Shown here piece by piece: positions 16,208 to 26,055 of a stretch of DNA of 64,000 nt. Source of the DNA: a virus (lineage: Duplodnaviria; Caudoviricetes); the IMG/VR virus record IMGVR_UViG_3300009671_000009, positions 32,001-96,000 of that record; one strand, written 5' to 3'. A program made the translations under genes and the position numbers. Each line of letters begins with the position of its first letter. Position 1 is the stretch's first letter. The notes under the pieces were generated by a model, which had not been told where the DNA came from, searched no databases, and was given only the letters and a program-made list of their open reading frames with translations.

Positions 16208-17752
16208 ATGGATAAAAAGTACTGGGAATATGCAGCAGAACTCATTAGAGCAGCAACAGGATTGAGGAGCGTTGACAAGGCAGTCGACGAACTGAAAAAG
16301 CGGTGGAAATTAAACAAAGGATATCTTGAACCATTCTTTGATGACAACGGACAAAGAGTTGTTATCATGGAGGAGGGAGAAATATCCCCTCACTGTCTTG
16401 AACAAGCTATTAATGAGATGCAAAGGATCGCTGCAGTTATCGCTAACAATAATCCCAAGTACCAAGGAAAGATCTACAGCGATGGTCGCTGTATAGCCAA
16501 CTATCTTGCTACACTGCTTACCACTAATCAGATAAGCCCAAAAGAGTTTATGAAAAATACTCTTGGCTGTGGACACAGGATACCTGGGCAACCAAAGTAT
16601 TTCCAAGAAGGTACAAAAGTTACAAAATTCATAGCTGCTGACCTTGCATATAACGATAGCAAATACAATGGCTATGGCAGGCTAAGCCAATACAGCGTCA
16701 CGGATGCTGAATTACTCACGAGCTTTGCACTAGATGTTAGTTCCCAGATCATGGGGATTCTTCGGGTTGGCAACGATAGGGTCATCTTATCGATCAATCC
16801 TGTAGATTTTCTCATGACTAGCTTGCATAGCAGCTGGTCGAGTTGCCACAACCTCTACGATGGCGATTGGAGAACTGCTTCGTTCTCTTTCATTTGTGAT
16901 TCAGTATCAGCTATTGCGTATGCTACACAACAAGAGCCTTCTAGAGTAGACGACGTGAATTTCTTATGGCCCAAAAAGAATTGGCGTCAAATGGTCTACT
17001 TTGACAAAGATTTCATGGCTGCCTTCCAAGGAAAAGAATACCCAAACCGCATATGGGGTTACTCGGAAGCCATTCGTCCTGAGATCGCAGATGTGTTAGC
17101 TAAGATCTGCGGTGCTACCTCATCTGATTTCCATTTTATTAGTTACGACACTAGAAGGGATGGAAGCGATGAATTTGCATCTTATGGTGCGGAGAAAGAT
17201 GTAGACCGTAGCTATATCCGTGGAGTCGAAGGAACCGAATGGATGTCTTGTGATTCGCCATGTCTTATTTTAAGACTTAAAGATGGTGGACGATATCCGA
17301 CAAGGTATCTTGAAGTATCATCTAATGAAATACCTTGTGCAAAATGTGGGCAATCAAGATATGACTACGAATCACCAACGTTGGTTTGTGATGATTGTGA
17401 GGGCTATCATTGTTGTTGCTGTGATGACCGCATCGAGGATTGGTGCTTAGTAGATGGCAGATACTATTGTTCGTGCTGCTACGAAGATAAGTTTGCATCA
17501 TGCGAAGTCTGCGACACCACAGATATTGCGATAGACGAGCTTGATGAACTAACTGTGTACGATTGTGGCAGACGGTTAGGACTGTTAGTTTGCGAACACT
17601 GCAAGAAGCACGAGCTAACTAGATGTAACGACTGCGGTGACTATATCTACAAAAGCGACGTTAAATGCCTTGAGGGTAATGAATATTGTCCTGATTGTTT
17701 CCACGAGAAAATGTCAGAGCTAGAAGAGGAAGAAGAAGAAATTCCATTCTAA
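16208..17752 (+). CDS. large hypothetical protein with C-terminal tandem CxxC zinc ribbons (paralog of 24364..26055)
   Basis: SINPVDFL..WSSCH, WPKKNWRQM, EYPN, many CxxC pairs. Confidence 0.7.
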   Translation: MDKKYWEYAAELIRAATGLRSVDKAVDELKKRWKLNKGYLEPFFDDNGQRVVIMEEGEISPHCLEQAINEMQRIAAVIANNNPKYQGKIYSDGRCIANYLATLLTTNQISPKEFMKNTLGCGHRIPGQPKYFQEGTKVTKFIAADLAYNDSKYNGYGRLSQYSVTDAELLTSFALDVSSQIMGILRVGNDRVILSINPVDFLMTSLHSSWSSCHNLYDGDWRTASFSFICDSVSAIAYATQQEPSRVDDVNFLWPKKNWRQMVYFDKDFMAAFQGKEYPNRIWGYSEAIRPEIADVLAKICGATSSDFHFISYDTRRDGSDEFASYGAEKDVDRSYIRGVEGTEWMSCDSPCLILRLKDGGRYPTRYLEVSSNEIPCAKCGQSRYDYESPTLVCDDCEGYHCCCCDDRIEDWCLVDGRYYCSCCYEDKFASCEVCDTTDIAIDELDELTVYDCGRRLGLLVCEHCKKHELTRCNDCGDYIYKSDVKCLEGNEYCPDCFHEKMSELEEEEEEIPF

Positions 17753-17788
17753 AAGTATAGGCCCCCGTTATGGGGGTCTATATTGTTG

Positions 17789-17817
17789 TTGCAAAATTAT
17801 ACTAAATATGCTACGAT
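17789..17817 (+). promoter_or_regulatory. sigmaA-type promoter
   Basis: TTGCAA-17-TACGAT with extended TG. Confidence 0.55.
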
Positions 17818-17834
17818 AAGGGAGGAGGACACAA

Positions 17835-18869
17835 ATGAAATCAGCTACTGAAATTCTGAAGATAACAGAACCAGGAGAACTGTTCTCAAATCCTGATGAT
17901 ATTCGTAGTGAATATAGAGATTTAGCTAGATCATATCACCCAGATCTAAACAGCGGATCTAAAGAAGCTCAGGAAGTGATGACTCACATAAATAAACTCT
18001 ATCAAAAAGGGTTAACAATGATAGATTCTGGCAACTGGGTCACTCCTAATCTTATCAGAGTCCGTTGTAAAGATGGTAAGGTACGGGAGATTCATTACCA
18101 AGCATGCTATCCATTTGAACTCGGTATGATGTATATCTCTAACAGAATCGTTGCTTATTTTGTCGAGTCTAAGCATAAAAGCCTTTTTGATAATGCTAAG
18201 AAAATTATCAGTAATTTTAGATATGCTAACGACAAAATGAAACAAGAAGTGTCCAAATACTTACCTAGCATAATTGATTCCTTCGAAACTAATGAAGGAA
18301 AACTAGTAATGGTCATTGGAAAGACGGCAGATGTCTTACTGCTTAAAGATGTACTAAAATGGCATAAAGGACAGCTATCGGATAGACATGTAGCGTGGAT
18401 CCAAAGTACTTTACACAATCTAGCATGCTATATAGACTATGTAAAGCTATCACACAATGCAATATCTGCTGATACTTATTTTATTTCGCCTGAGCACCAT
18501 AGTGGATTACTGCTAGGTGGATGGTGGTATTGCGTACCACAGGGCAACAAAATGATTTCTGTTCCTTCGGCCACTTATGCTGTGATGCCGCCAAGTATTA
18601 AACGCGATAAAATTGGCAGTATCCAAACCGATATGGAACTTATCCGCGCACTAGGACGCGAGCTCCTTGGCGACCGTAATGGGACTCGCCTTTCAGATAT
18701 AAAAGCAGCACCAGAGCCTATGATAAACTGGTTAAGAGGGGCTACTTCAGACAAAGCTGTATCTGATTATACTACATGGCGCAAAGTACTTGATGACAGT
18801 TTCGGATCAAGGAAATTCGTTGAGATGAAACTAACAGCCGACATGCTATATACGAAAGGAGGTTGTTAA
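17835..18869 (+). CDS. J-domain protein with kinase-like C-terminal region
   Basis: YRDLARSYHPDLN (HPD); HNAIS..LLLGGWWY region. Confidence 0.7.
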   Translation: MKSATEILKITEPGELFSNPDDIRSEYRDLARSYHPDLNSGSKEAQEVMTHINKLYQKGLTMIDSGNWVTPNLIRVRCKDGKVREIHYQACYPFELGMMYISNRIVAYFVESKHKSLFDNAKKIISNFRYANDKMKQEVSKYLPSIIDSFETNEGKLVMVIGKTADVLLLKDVLKWHKGQLSDRHVAWIQSTLHNLACYIDYVKLSHNAISADTYFISPEHHSGLLLGGWWYCVPQGNKMISVPSATYAVMPPSIKRDKIGSIQTDMELIRALGRELLGDRNGTRLSDIKAAPEPMINWLRGATSDKAVSDYTTWRKVLDDSFGSRKFVEMKLTADMLYTKGGC

Positions 18870-18871
18870 GA

Positions 18872-19000
18872 ATGGGTTTAGGTGGAGATCAAGTTAATTG
18901 GGCTGATTACACAGCTGAGAACACTGCTACAAAGTCCGAGGAAGTTGTTGCTGAAGCTACTGAAACTGTTGAGGCAACTGAAGACAAAAAAGAAGGATAA
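18872..19000 (+). CDS. 42-aa acidic micropeptide
   Basis: SD AAAGGAGG; MGLGGDQVNWADYTAENT...EDKKEG. Confidence 0.55.
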   Translation: MGLGGDQVNWADYTAENTATKSEEVVAEATETVEATEDKKEG

Positions 19001-19012
19001 GGAGGGATTACT

Positions 19013-19939
19013 TTGGGTTCAGGACGATGGTCAGATTCAGACTGGGCCAGCTATTCAACTACACACGTTAAAAGCGCTAGAACGGTTGACGACATTTATA
19101 AATCACGTGGCCTTGCGACAGAACTAGATCCATCAGGTGTCAAGATTCGTGAATCTTGCGATTCAGAAGACAATCCAAATTCGAACGCAATCATTGTAGC
19201 TCTTGATGTAACTGGATCAATGGGTATGGTATTGGATACTGTAGCCCGTGAAGGCCTGTCAACTCTAGCTACTGAGATCTATGATCGTAAACCGATTACG
19301 GATCCGCACATTATGTTTATGGGCATTGGCGACTGCCACGCACACGACAGAGCTCCGCTTCAGATAACCCAATTTGAAGCAGATATTCGTATCGCCGAGC
19401 AGTTAACAAAACTATACTTGGAACGGGGCGGCGGGGGCAATGACTATGAGTCTTATGCGCTTGCTTGGTACTTTGCTGCAATGCATACACGGATTGACTG
19501 CTTTGAGAAACGTCAAAAGAAAGGTTATTTATTCACCATTGGTGATGAGGAACCGACGCCGTATCTGTCAGCTGCCGACATCGAGAGAGTCCTTGGCTAT
19601 AAACCACAGCAAGACAGGTTTTCAACTCAAGATCTATATACAATGGCGTCTCGATACTACAATGTTTACCACTTAATGGTCGAAGAAGGCAGCCATTTCA
19701 GAACTGATCCAGACGGTGTTGTCCGTGCTTGGACAGACGTCTTAGGTCAAAACGCTATCAGGCTTGCCGATCATACAAAAGTGGCCGAGGTTATTGTATC
19801 AATTATCCAGGTCGCAGAAGGAGCCGACAATAAAGATGTATCGGCCAGCTGGGACGGAAGCACTGGCCTTGTAGTAGCGAAAGCTATCAATGGTCTTGCT
19901 AAAACAGCTGTTGATGACAACGGAATAGTTGTATTATAA
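19013..19939 (+). CDS. vWA-domain protein
   Basis: ALDVTGSM MIDAS, GGGGNDYESY, FTIGDE. Confidence 0.85.
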   Translation: MGSGRWSDSDWASYSTTHVKSARTVDDIYKSRGLATELDPSGVKIRESCDSEDNPNSNAIIVALDVTGSMGMVLDTVAREGLSTLATEIYDRKPITDPHIMFMGIGDCHAHDRAPLQITQFEADIRIAEQLTKLYLERGGGGNDYESYALAWYFAAMHTRIDCFEKRQKKGYLFTIGDEEPTPYLSAADIERVLGYKPQQDRFSTQDLYTMASRYYNVYHLMVEEGSHFRTDPDGVVRAWTDVLGQNAIRLADHTKVAEVIVSIIQVAEGADNKDVSASWDGSTGLVVAKAINGLAKTAVDDNGIVVL

Positions 19940-19993
19940 TTTGAAGGGCGGCTAAACCCCGCCCTTATTTTGTGAAATAAAGGAGGGCACACC

Positions 19994-21202
19994 ATGAGTA
20001 TTAAAGTTGTAATCGGAGCAAACTTCGGTGACGAAGGAAAAGGTTTGATGACTGATTATTTTGCATCACGTACCAATAAAGGGATAGTCGTACGTTTCAA
20101 TGGTGGTGCCCAAGCAGGACACACTGTAGTATTGCCAGATGGACATCGACATGTCTTTGGACACTTTGGATCTGGAACCCTGCAGGGATTGCCTACCTAT
20201 CTTAGCAAACATTTTGTAGTTAATCCTATGATTTTTTGTAAGGAACTTGATAGGCTACAAACAAAGATGAGTGTGCTACCTAATGTCTATATTGATCTAA
20301 GGTCTGCAGTAACTACACCATATGACATAATGTTAAATCAAATGGTTGAAAAATTGCGCGGCAATAACAAACATGGTAGTTGTGGTCTCGGCTTTAATGA
20401 GACAATAGTCCGCCAGGACTGGGTTCCTTTAACAGTCAGAGATCTGTGCGACTTTAAAAATTTAGTACAAACACTGAACATAATAAGGAACCACTATTTA
20501 CCGATACGGCTACAACAATTAGGAATTAAGTCTATTCCGTCAGAGTTTGAAACACTTATCGGTAATGATAATGTAGCTATTCGCTACATTCAGGACATCG
20601 AAAGGATGTTTGAGTTCACCCAACTAGGAGACCAGGATATTCTTAAGAACTTTGACGATATAGTGTTCGAAGGAGCTCAAGGATTAATGCTTCATCAGAG
20701 ACATGGATTCTTCCCTTATGTTACAAGATCAAACACGGGAATTGAAAACGTAATAGAAGTTCTCGAAGAGGCAAGCTTAATCCAACCGATGGAGGTATGT
20801 TACGTTACACGTGCATATCTTACTCGGCATGGAGCTGGCCCATTTCTAACCGAAATTCCTGTCAAGCCATATAAAAGAATCATTGATCTAACCAATGTTC
20901 CAAATCCATATCAAGGCACTCTGAGATTCGGTCTATTAGATATTGATATCTTGGAACAAACAATTTCTAACGATTTGTTACTTGCAAGTGCATATAATAA
21001 TTTTATTAGTCCCAGTCTCGCAGTGACATGTGTAGATCAGCTTGATGATCGAGCTCATTTCTACTGGAATACTGAACTCAAGGACTATCATATTTATGAT
21101 TTTCTTGAAGTTTTATTCTCTATACCACGAATCAAAAATGGTTATATCAGTAAAGGTATGACCAGAGAAACTATCAGGTGCTCCAATTTACTATGGGGGT
21201 GA
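19994..21202 (+). CDS. purA: adenylosuccinate synthetase-family protein
   Basis: GANFGDEGKG, RFNGGAQAGHT, FEGAQG, YVTRS, YLTRHGAGPF. Confidence 0.85.
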   Translation: MSIKVVIGANFGDEGKGLMTDYFASRTNKGIVVRFNGGAQAGHTVVLPDGHRHVFGHFGSGTLQGLPTYLSKHFVVNPMIFCKELDRLQTKMSVLPNVYIDLRSAVTTPYDIMLNQMVEKLRGNNKHGSCGLGFNETIVRQDWVPLTVRDLCDFKNLVQTLNIIRNHYLPIRLQQLGIKSIPSEFETLIGNDNVAIRYIQDIERMFEFTQLGDQDILKNFDDIVFEGAQGLMLHQRHGFFPYVTRSNTGIENVIEVLEEASLIQPMEVCYVTRAYLTRHGAGPFLTEIPVKPYKRIIDLTNVPNPYQGTLRFGLLDIDILEQTISNDLLLASAYNNFISPSLAVTCVDQLDDRAHFYWNTELKDYHIYDFLEVLFSIPRIKNGYISKGMTRETIRCSNLLWG

Positions 21203-21207
21203 GACAC

Positions 21208-21567
21208 ATGACCAGAGAAGATTTTATTGGCAAGACTATCAAAGATATCAGAACCGACAATACTATAATTGGCGACAAATTTAGAGAGGGTTTTGATATA
21301 AACAAAGTGGATCTTTCTGATAACGAAAAAGGGCCATATGTGCGCTGGAAGCTAGAGGAAGAAGGAAGCTTTGCGATATTGTATAGTTGTGATACAGGAT
21401 TCGTTATTTGCTTCAAAGACGAAGAGCCAACTTTAATCTTCCATGTTTACGAGTTGCAATACATTAATTTGAATGCAAAACGTGGACGAGTAACAGCGTC
21501 AGGTCATGAAACTACACATGAATACTGGTTCGATGACAACGAATACTCACGGAGCTATACTAGGTAG
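21208..21567 (+). CDS. hypothetical protein
   Basis: ORF with GGGGTG SD. Confidence 0.55.
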   Translation: MTREDFIGKTIKDIRTDNTIIGDKFREGFDINKVDLSDNEKGPYVRWKLEEEGSFAILYSCDTGFVICFKDEEPTLIFHVYELQYINLNAKRGRVTASGHETTHEYWFDDNEYSRSYTR

Positions 21568-21576
21568 GAGGAACAG

Positions 21577-21810
21577 ATGAAAATAGATACCCCACATACA
21601 TTTGAAGATGGCGATCTTCAAGGCAAATATTTAATCTGTATCTCCGACAAATACGGAAATTTCACCAAGGGACGCGAATATCCCGTGATGACTCCGTACA
21701 TACGTATCTCTGATAATAAACCTGCGGAGTATAGGATACCAGATAACGACTGGGATTACTATACTATAGGAAAATGGGATATAGGAACCCTGTTTGAATT
21801 GCGGGTGTAG
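21577..21810 (+). CDS. hypothetical protein (stop lies inside tRNA-Gly)
   Basis: SD GGAGG. Confidence 0.55.
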   Translation: MKIDTPHTFEDGDLQGKYLICISDKYGNFTKGREYPVMTPYIRISDNKPAEYRIPDNDWDYYTIGKWDIGTLFELRV

Positions 21811-21878
21811 CTCAACTGGACTAGAGTGCTGCCTTGCCAAGGCAGAAGTTGTGGGTTCAAGCCCCATTACCCGCTCCA
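21801..21878 (+). tRNA. tRNA-Gly(GCC)
   Basis: CTGCC-TTGCCAA-GGCAG, U73, CCA. Confidence 0.9.
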
Positions 21879-21904
21879 AAATATATAATAATGAGGTGAC
21901 TCAG

Positions 21905-22366
21905 GTGCCAACAATATTACTTGAGAAATTAAAATCTGATTGGATTGAGGCCAGGAAAGCTGGCGCAGCAGGCTGTTCTCTTTCTCTGCGCAAGGGAATT
22001 ATTTTAGGTGGAATTATTTCTGATATTAACTTATCTGCAAAAAATTCAAAACAGGAAGCCTCTGATGAAGACGTACTTAAAGTAGTCAAACAAAGCTACC
22101 GAGGAGTCACAGAAGCTAAGGAGAAAGCAACTCAAGCCAATGCAACGCCCGAGCAGATTGATAGTTATGACTTTACTTTATCTTGCCTAAAACCATACAT
22201 GCCTGCTGAGATCTCCAGGGAAACTACAGAGAGTTCTGTTATGGCAGCTATCAACGGAGGAGCAAAGAACGTTGGAGACATAATGAAATACATCAAGGCC
22301 AACAATCTTCCTGCTGATATGAAAACGGCTAGTCAGATAGCTAAAGAAGTTCTAACATATTTATAA
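21905..22366 (+). CDS. YqeY/GatB-domain protein
   Basis: LLEKLKSDWIEARKA..SDEDVLKVV..YMP..VGDIMK..ADMK. Confidence 0.75.
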   Translation: MPTILLEKLKSDWIEARKAGAAGCSLSLRKGIILGGIISDINLSAKNSKQEASDEDVLKVVKQSYRGVTEAKEKATQANATPEQIDSYDFTLSCLKPYMPAEISRETTESSVMAAINGGAKNVGDIMKYIKANNLPADMKTASQIAKEVLTYL

Positions 22367-22382
22367 ATAAGGGCGTGAGAAA

Positions 22383-22667
22383 ATGGGCTGGTTGACATTT
22401 TGTCTCAACTTAATAATTATGTATCTCGGTATTGCAACCACCAGCCTTCTCAACACCAAGCCTTTTGTTAGTACAATTATAGGTTTTCTCTACGGAGTAG
22501 TTTTTTGTCTTACGGATAATTTAATAACCAAACATATCCAAAGAACAGGAAGACCTATACTGAGACGGAAGAGCTGTGCCAATTGTAAGTTATTATGGAA
22601 GCCTTGCAAAGGTTGCACTGCTAGATTTGAGAACTGGAAAATGAATAAGGATAAGTATTACGCTTAG
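22383..22667 (+). CDS. hypothetical membrane protein
   Basis: two hydrophobic segments plus CxxC. Confidence 0.5.
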   Translation: MGWLTFCLNLIIMYLGIATTSLLNTKPFVSTIIGFLYGVVFCLTDNLITKHIQRTGRPILRRKSCANCKLLWKPCKGCTARFENWKMNKDKYYA

Positions 22668-22678
22668 CTCCATCTTAA

Positions 22679-22754
22679 GCTGGTGTAGCTCAACAGGCAG
22701 AGCAGCGGTATTGTAAACCGACGGTTGAGGGTTCGATTCCTTTCACCAGCTCCA
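22679..22754 (+). tRNA. tRNA-Thr(TGT)
   Basis: CGGT-ATTGTAA-ACCG, acceptor GCTGGTG/CACCAGC, CCA. Confidence 0.85.
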
Positions 22755-22776
22755 CTATATTTCTGGAGGGATAATA

Positions 22777-22971
22777 ATGGGACAAACCAGGATCGCACAC
22801 GATAAATGTAATGCATGCCATTTGTGCTCATTAATGTTTCCGAAAACATTCAAGTGGGAAAACGATACTCTAATATTAGCTAAGCCTGAAGAACAGCTTA
22901 CAAGGGAAGACGACGACGCCATTGGATATATGATAGAGTATTGCCCTCGCGGAGCACTTTCTTGGAATTAA
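22777..22971 (+). CDS. ferredoxin
   Basis: CNACHLC...CPRGAL. Confidence 0.75.
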   Translation: MGQTRIAHDKCNACHLCSLMFPKTFKWENDTLILAKPEEQLTREDDDAIGYMIEYCPRGALSWN

Positions 22972-22977
22972 ATTAAC

Positions 22978-23071
22978 TGGGGAGTCGCCAAGCTGGCAAG
23001 GCATCGGACTTTGACCCCGACAAGTGTTGCGATAAGCTTCCACGGAGGTTCGAATCCTCCCTCCCCAGCCA
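22978..23071 (+). tRNA. tRNA-Gln(TTG) with unusually long variable arm
   Basis: TGGGGAG/CTCCCCA, G73, CTTTGAC loop, ~22-nt variable region. Confidence 0.8.
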
Positions 23072-23089
23072 ATAAATAAGGAGTTTGAC

Positions 23090-23308
23090 ATGTTTGTACA
23101 ATGCAATCTGCAGAAAGGGAATGTTACAGAAGTAAGCTGGATTCCCGAACGATACGCAGTAATAGGAAAATTTCTTAAAATTAAAAATAGCAAAGATGAG
23201 TGGGAAGATGGATGGCAAGTAACAGCAACATTCGGTAAAAGATTAGAGACGGAAGTTATAGCTGCCAGCCAATTCTATCGCCATCATAGAGAAGCAACTG
23301 ATATTTAA
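23090..23308 (+). CDS. hypothetical protein
   Basis: SD AAGGAG. Confidence 0.6.
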   Translation: MFVQCNLQKGNVTEVSWIPERYAVIGKFLKIKNSKDEWEDGWQVTATFGKRLETEVIAASQFYRHHREATDI

Positions 23309-23322
23309 GGAGAATTAAATTA

Positions 23323-23532
23323 ATGACATACATCTACGATTGTGAAAAGTGTGGCAAGTTTGAAGCTCATCAAAGCATTAAAGATCCAGCTTTCTCTGTG
23401 TGTCCAGTGTGCGGATCACCAGTCAGGCGCATTATCACAGGTGGAACAGGAGTAATCTATAAGTGCGGAGGATTCTATAGCAAGCCTTTACACTTTAATA
23501 CTGACAACGTAAGTGAACCCAAGAGTATTTAA
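23323..23532 (+). CDS. FmdB-family zinc-ribbon protein
   Basis: YIYDCEKCG..CPVCG..RRII..GVIYKCGGFY. Confidence 0.8.
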   Translation: MTYIYDCEKCGKFEAHQSIKDPAFSVCPVCGSPVRRIITGGTGVIYKCGGFYSKPLHFNTDNVSEPKSI

Positions 23533-23789
23533 ATTTACCCTCCCCATGGAGGGTTTTAAATTTATAGGAGGTGTTGACATGAAAACTATGGAAGTGTTAC
23601 AGAAAGAAGCAGCAGACGCTCACAAACTACTCGACAATCTAGGAATATCAAAAAAAGATAAAGCTGACCAAGAGTATGCTTTAAGTTTTCGCATACATCT
23701 TCTGATACACAAAATTAAACAAAGCTCACTGAGCTGATCTACGGCCAAGATAAATTCTTGGCTGTTTTTGTGATCTTATGGAGGTGATT

Positions 23790-24290
23790 ATGATGGCTGA
23801 AACCAAAGAAATGGAAGACGGAGTTTTACAGACATTAGGCGAAACAGATATCGACTCAGCTATCCATGTCAAGATGGATCTTAGTCTTATATTCGACGGC
23901 ATAGGCCCAATCGGTCTTCGCCATATCGCTAACAAGATAGCGGAACTAATATTAAAGCATGCCGACGATCATCTAATACCAAAGTATAATCGGTCTGAAA
24001 TCATAGGAGTTAAGGTATGTTTTAATAAGAACGATGCTTACGGCGAGGAACCAAAAGATACCCCCGTTGTACCATCAAAATACTCTATTAGTTTTGATAC
24101 TGTTAATTGGGATCAATACACCGCCAACCATACTACCTATGTTCCGAATCCTGATATAAGACGCGTGTTCGAGGCTTATTTCGGAGATCATTTGATCGGA
24201 AGAGCCGCAGCACCAGTATTCAATCATCTAGATATAGCAGAAGTAGTACCGCCAAACGTTCTTGAAACAGAGGATGAAAATTCATTTTAA
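23790..24290 (+). CDS. hypothetical protein
   Basis: SD GGAGGTG. Confidence 0.6.
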   Translation: MMAETKEMEDGVLQTLGETDIDSAIHVKMDLSLIFDGIGPIGLRHIANKIAELILKHADDHLIPKYNRSEIIGVKVCFNKNDAYGEEPKDTPVVPSKYSISFDTVNWDQYTANHTTYVPNPDIRRVFEAYFGDHLIGRAAAPVFNHLDIAEVVPPNVLETEDENSF

Positions 24291-24291
24291 G

Positions 24292-24320
24292 TTGCAATTA
24301 CTTTCTAGTTATGATATAAT
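24292..24320 (+). promoter_or_regulatory. sigmaA-type promoter
   Basis: TTGCAA-17-TATAAT with extended TG. Confidence 0.7.
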
Positions 24321-24363
24321 ATTCAATGTTATACAATGTTTTCTAAAGGGGGTTTAAAGCATT

Positions 24364-26055
24364 ATGGAACAAATTTGGGATCTTGCAACCAAAATTCTTC
24401 GCAAGGCAGAGCCCAATATACGCAACACTGACAAAGGAATACAAGCATTGCGAGACCTCTGGTTTAATAACAAGAACTGGATGTTTCCATATCTCGATAG
24501 CAATTATCGAATGACTATTGATATTCAGGGCAGCTTCAATAAAGAAGATTTAGAATCTGCAATGTCAGAAGCAATGCGCATGGCCTACAGATTGTCACAA
24601 AAAGAGCGGTATTATACTGTATTATTACAAGACCATGGCGAGAACGCAGTAAGATTTTTAAGACACTTCTTAAATGAAAGGCTTAGTCAAGACGAAGTGC
24701 TTGATAACAAGCTCATCGATAAGAAAGACGATCCCAATCGCGAAGGCAAGTTCTTACCAGCTGGCACCAAAGTATCGAAGTATCTTGCTTCGTACATAGT
24801 TAATACTCCCAAACTGTTTAATCGAGGAGAAATACTCTCGATATATGGAATCGCCAATGCTGGAATAGTGATCGATTTTATGGTAGATCTTTATTCCCAG
24901 GTTATTTCTATCCTGCGCAAGGGCAATGACACTGTGGCTATTTCAGCTAACCCTGTAGATATTATTCTTGCTAGCAGTCATACTCACAACTGGAGAAGTT
25001 GCCATAGAATATTCGGCGGTGAGTATCGTACAGGCCCGCTTGCATATCTTTGTGACGAGGTATCGCTTATTGCTTTTGCGTATCGCACAATTGATAAAAT
25101 AGATTGTCTTGATGCTGTATGGCCACGCAAATTGTGGAGACAAATGATATTCCTAGACAAGATAGGACTTAGTGCCTTCTTTAGCAGAGAATATCCTAAC
25201 GCTAGTGGAGCCTATGCCCGCGCCGTTAGAGGCCTTGGTGCAATGTTGCTATCCAAACATGGCAACACCGAATATAAATGGAAATACAAATGTATAGGAA
25301 GAGACGATTGTGATTTTGATGATCCTAACGATAGCGGTATGCACGACATGTGGCTTGGAGAAAGCCCATGGCACTATCGAGATAGACCCACAAGCGCTAT
25401 TAGGATGTTGCCAGATGGAAAATACCCCAGAGTACAGCCAGGCATAGAAGAACTGCCCTGCTGTGCTTGTGGATTGATCCGCGATGAAACAGTTACAAGC
25501 GAATTAGTTTGTGAAGATTGTAATCCAAGATTACATTGCTATTACTGCGGAGAGCCAGTTGACGAATCAGATTGTCGCTCCGATAACGAAGGTCTATACT
25601 ACTGCATGGACTGTTGGGATAGACATTTTTTCCAATGTAGCTGTTGCGGTCAGTACCGTCGCAAAGACGAATCAATTCACATCACAGATAGATCAGAAAA
25701 TGTATGTCTATCTTGTGTTGCCAAGTTCTTCACACAATGTGACTGTTGCGGAGATTACTATCGGAATTCCGACGTAGCAACATTAGTAAACGGATACAAG
25801 TATTGTGAGCATTGTATTGATAAACATGCGTTCTACTGTGAAGTCTGTAACGAATATTATCCTGAGACTGAACAGAAAAATGTTACATCCGATTGCTACA
25901 CCTACTGCTCATCTTGTGAATCGAGAATTTCCAAATGTAGTGAGTGCAACCTGGCATTCCGTTATGACTATGCAATGATTGACGGAATGTGTGGGGTGTG
26001 TATCACAGAGAAAGCAAATAAAGAAGAGATAGGTGTGATTACAATTGAAGTTTAG
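24364..26055 (+). CDS. large hypothetical protein with tandem CxxC zinc ribbons (paralog of 16208..17752)
   Basis: SANPVDII..WRSCH, WPRKLWRQM, EYPN, many CxxC pairs. Confidence 0.7.
   Translation: MEQIWDLATKILRKAEPNIRNTDKGIQALRDLWFNNKNWMFPYLDSNYRMTIDIQGSFNKEDLESAMSEAMRMAYRLSQKERYYTVLLQDHGENAVRFLRHFLNERLSQDEVLDNKLIDKKDDPNREGKFLPAGTKVSKYLASYIVNTPKLFNRGEILSIYGIANAGIVIDFMVDLYSQVISILRKGNDTVAISANPVDIILASSHTHNWRSCHRIFGGEYRTGPLAYLCDEVSLIAFAYRTIDKIDCLDAVWPRKLWRQMIFLDKIGLSAFFSREYPNASGAYARAVRGLGAMLLSKHGNTEYKWKYKCIGRDDCDFDDPNDSGMHDMWLGESPWHYRDRPTSAIRMLPDGKYPRVQPGIEELPCCACGLIRDETVTSELVCEDCNPRLHCYYCGEPVDESDCRSDNEGLYYCMDCWDRHFFQCSCCGQYRRKDESIHITDRSENVCLSCVAKFFTQCDCCGDYYRNSDVATLVNGYKYCEHCIDKHAFYCEVCNEYYPETEQKNVTSDCYTYCSSCESRISKCSECNLAFRYDYAMIDGMCGVCITEKANKEEIGVITIEV

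Noticed and set aside
18882-19127. 81-aa ORF from the track
   Set aside because: It has no SD; the 42-aa ORF at 18872 in another frame has a strong SD and fits between its neighbours
19994-21202. PurZ (2-aminoadenine DNA pathway)
   Set aside because: The motif is GDEGKG with the PurA Asp rather than the Ser typical of PurZ, and no DatZ/MazZ-like neighbours were recognised
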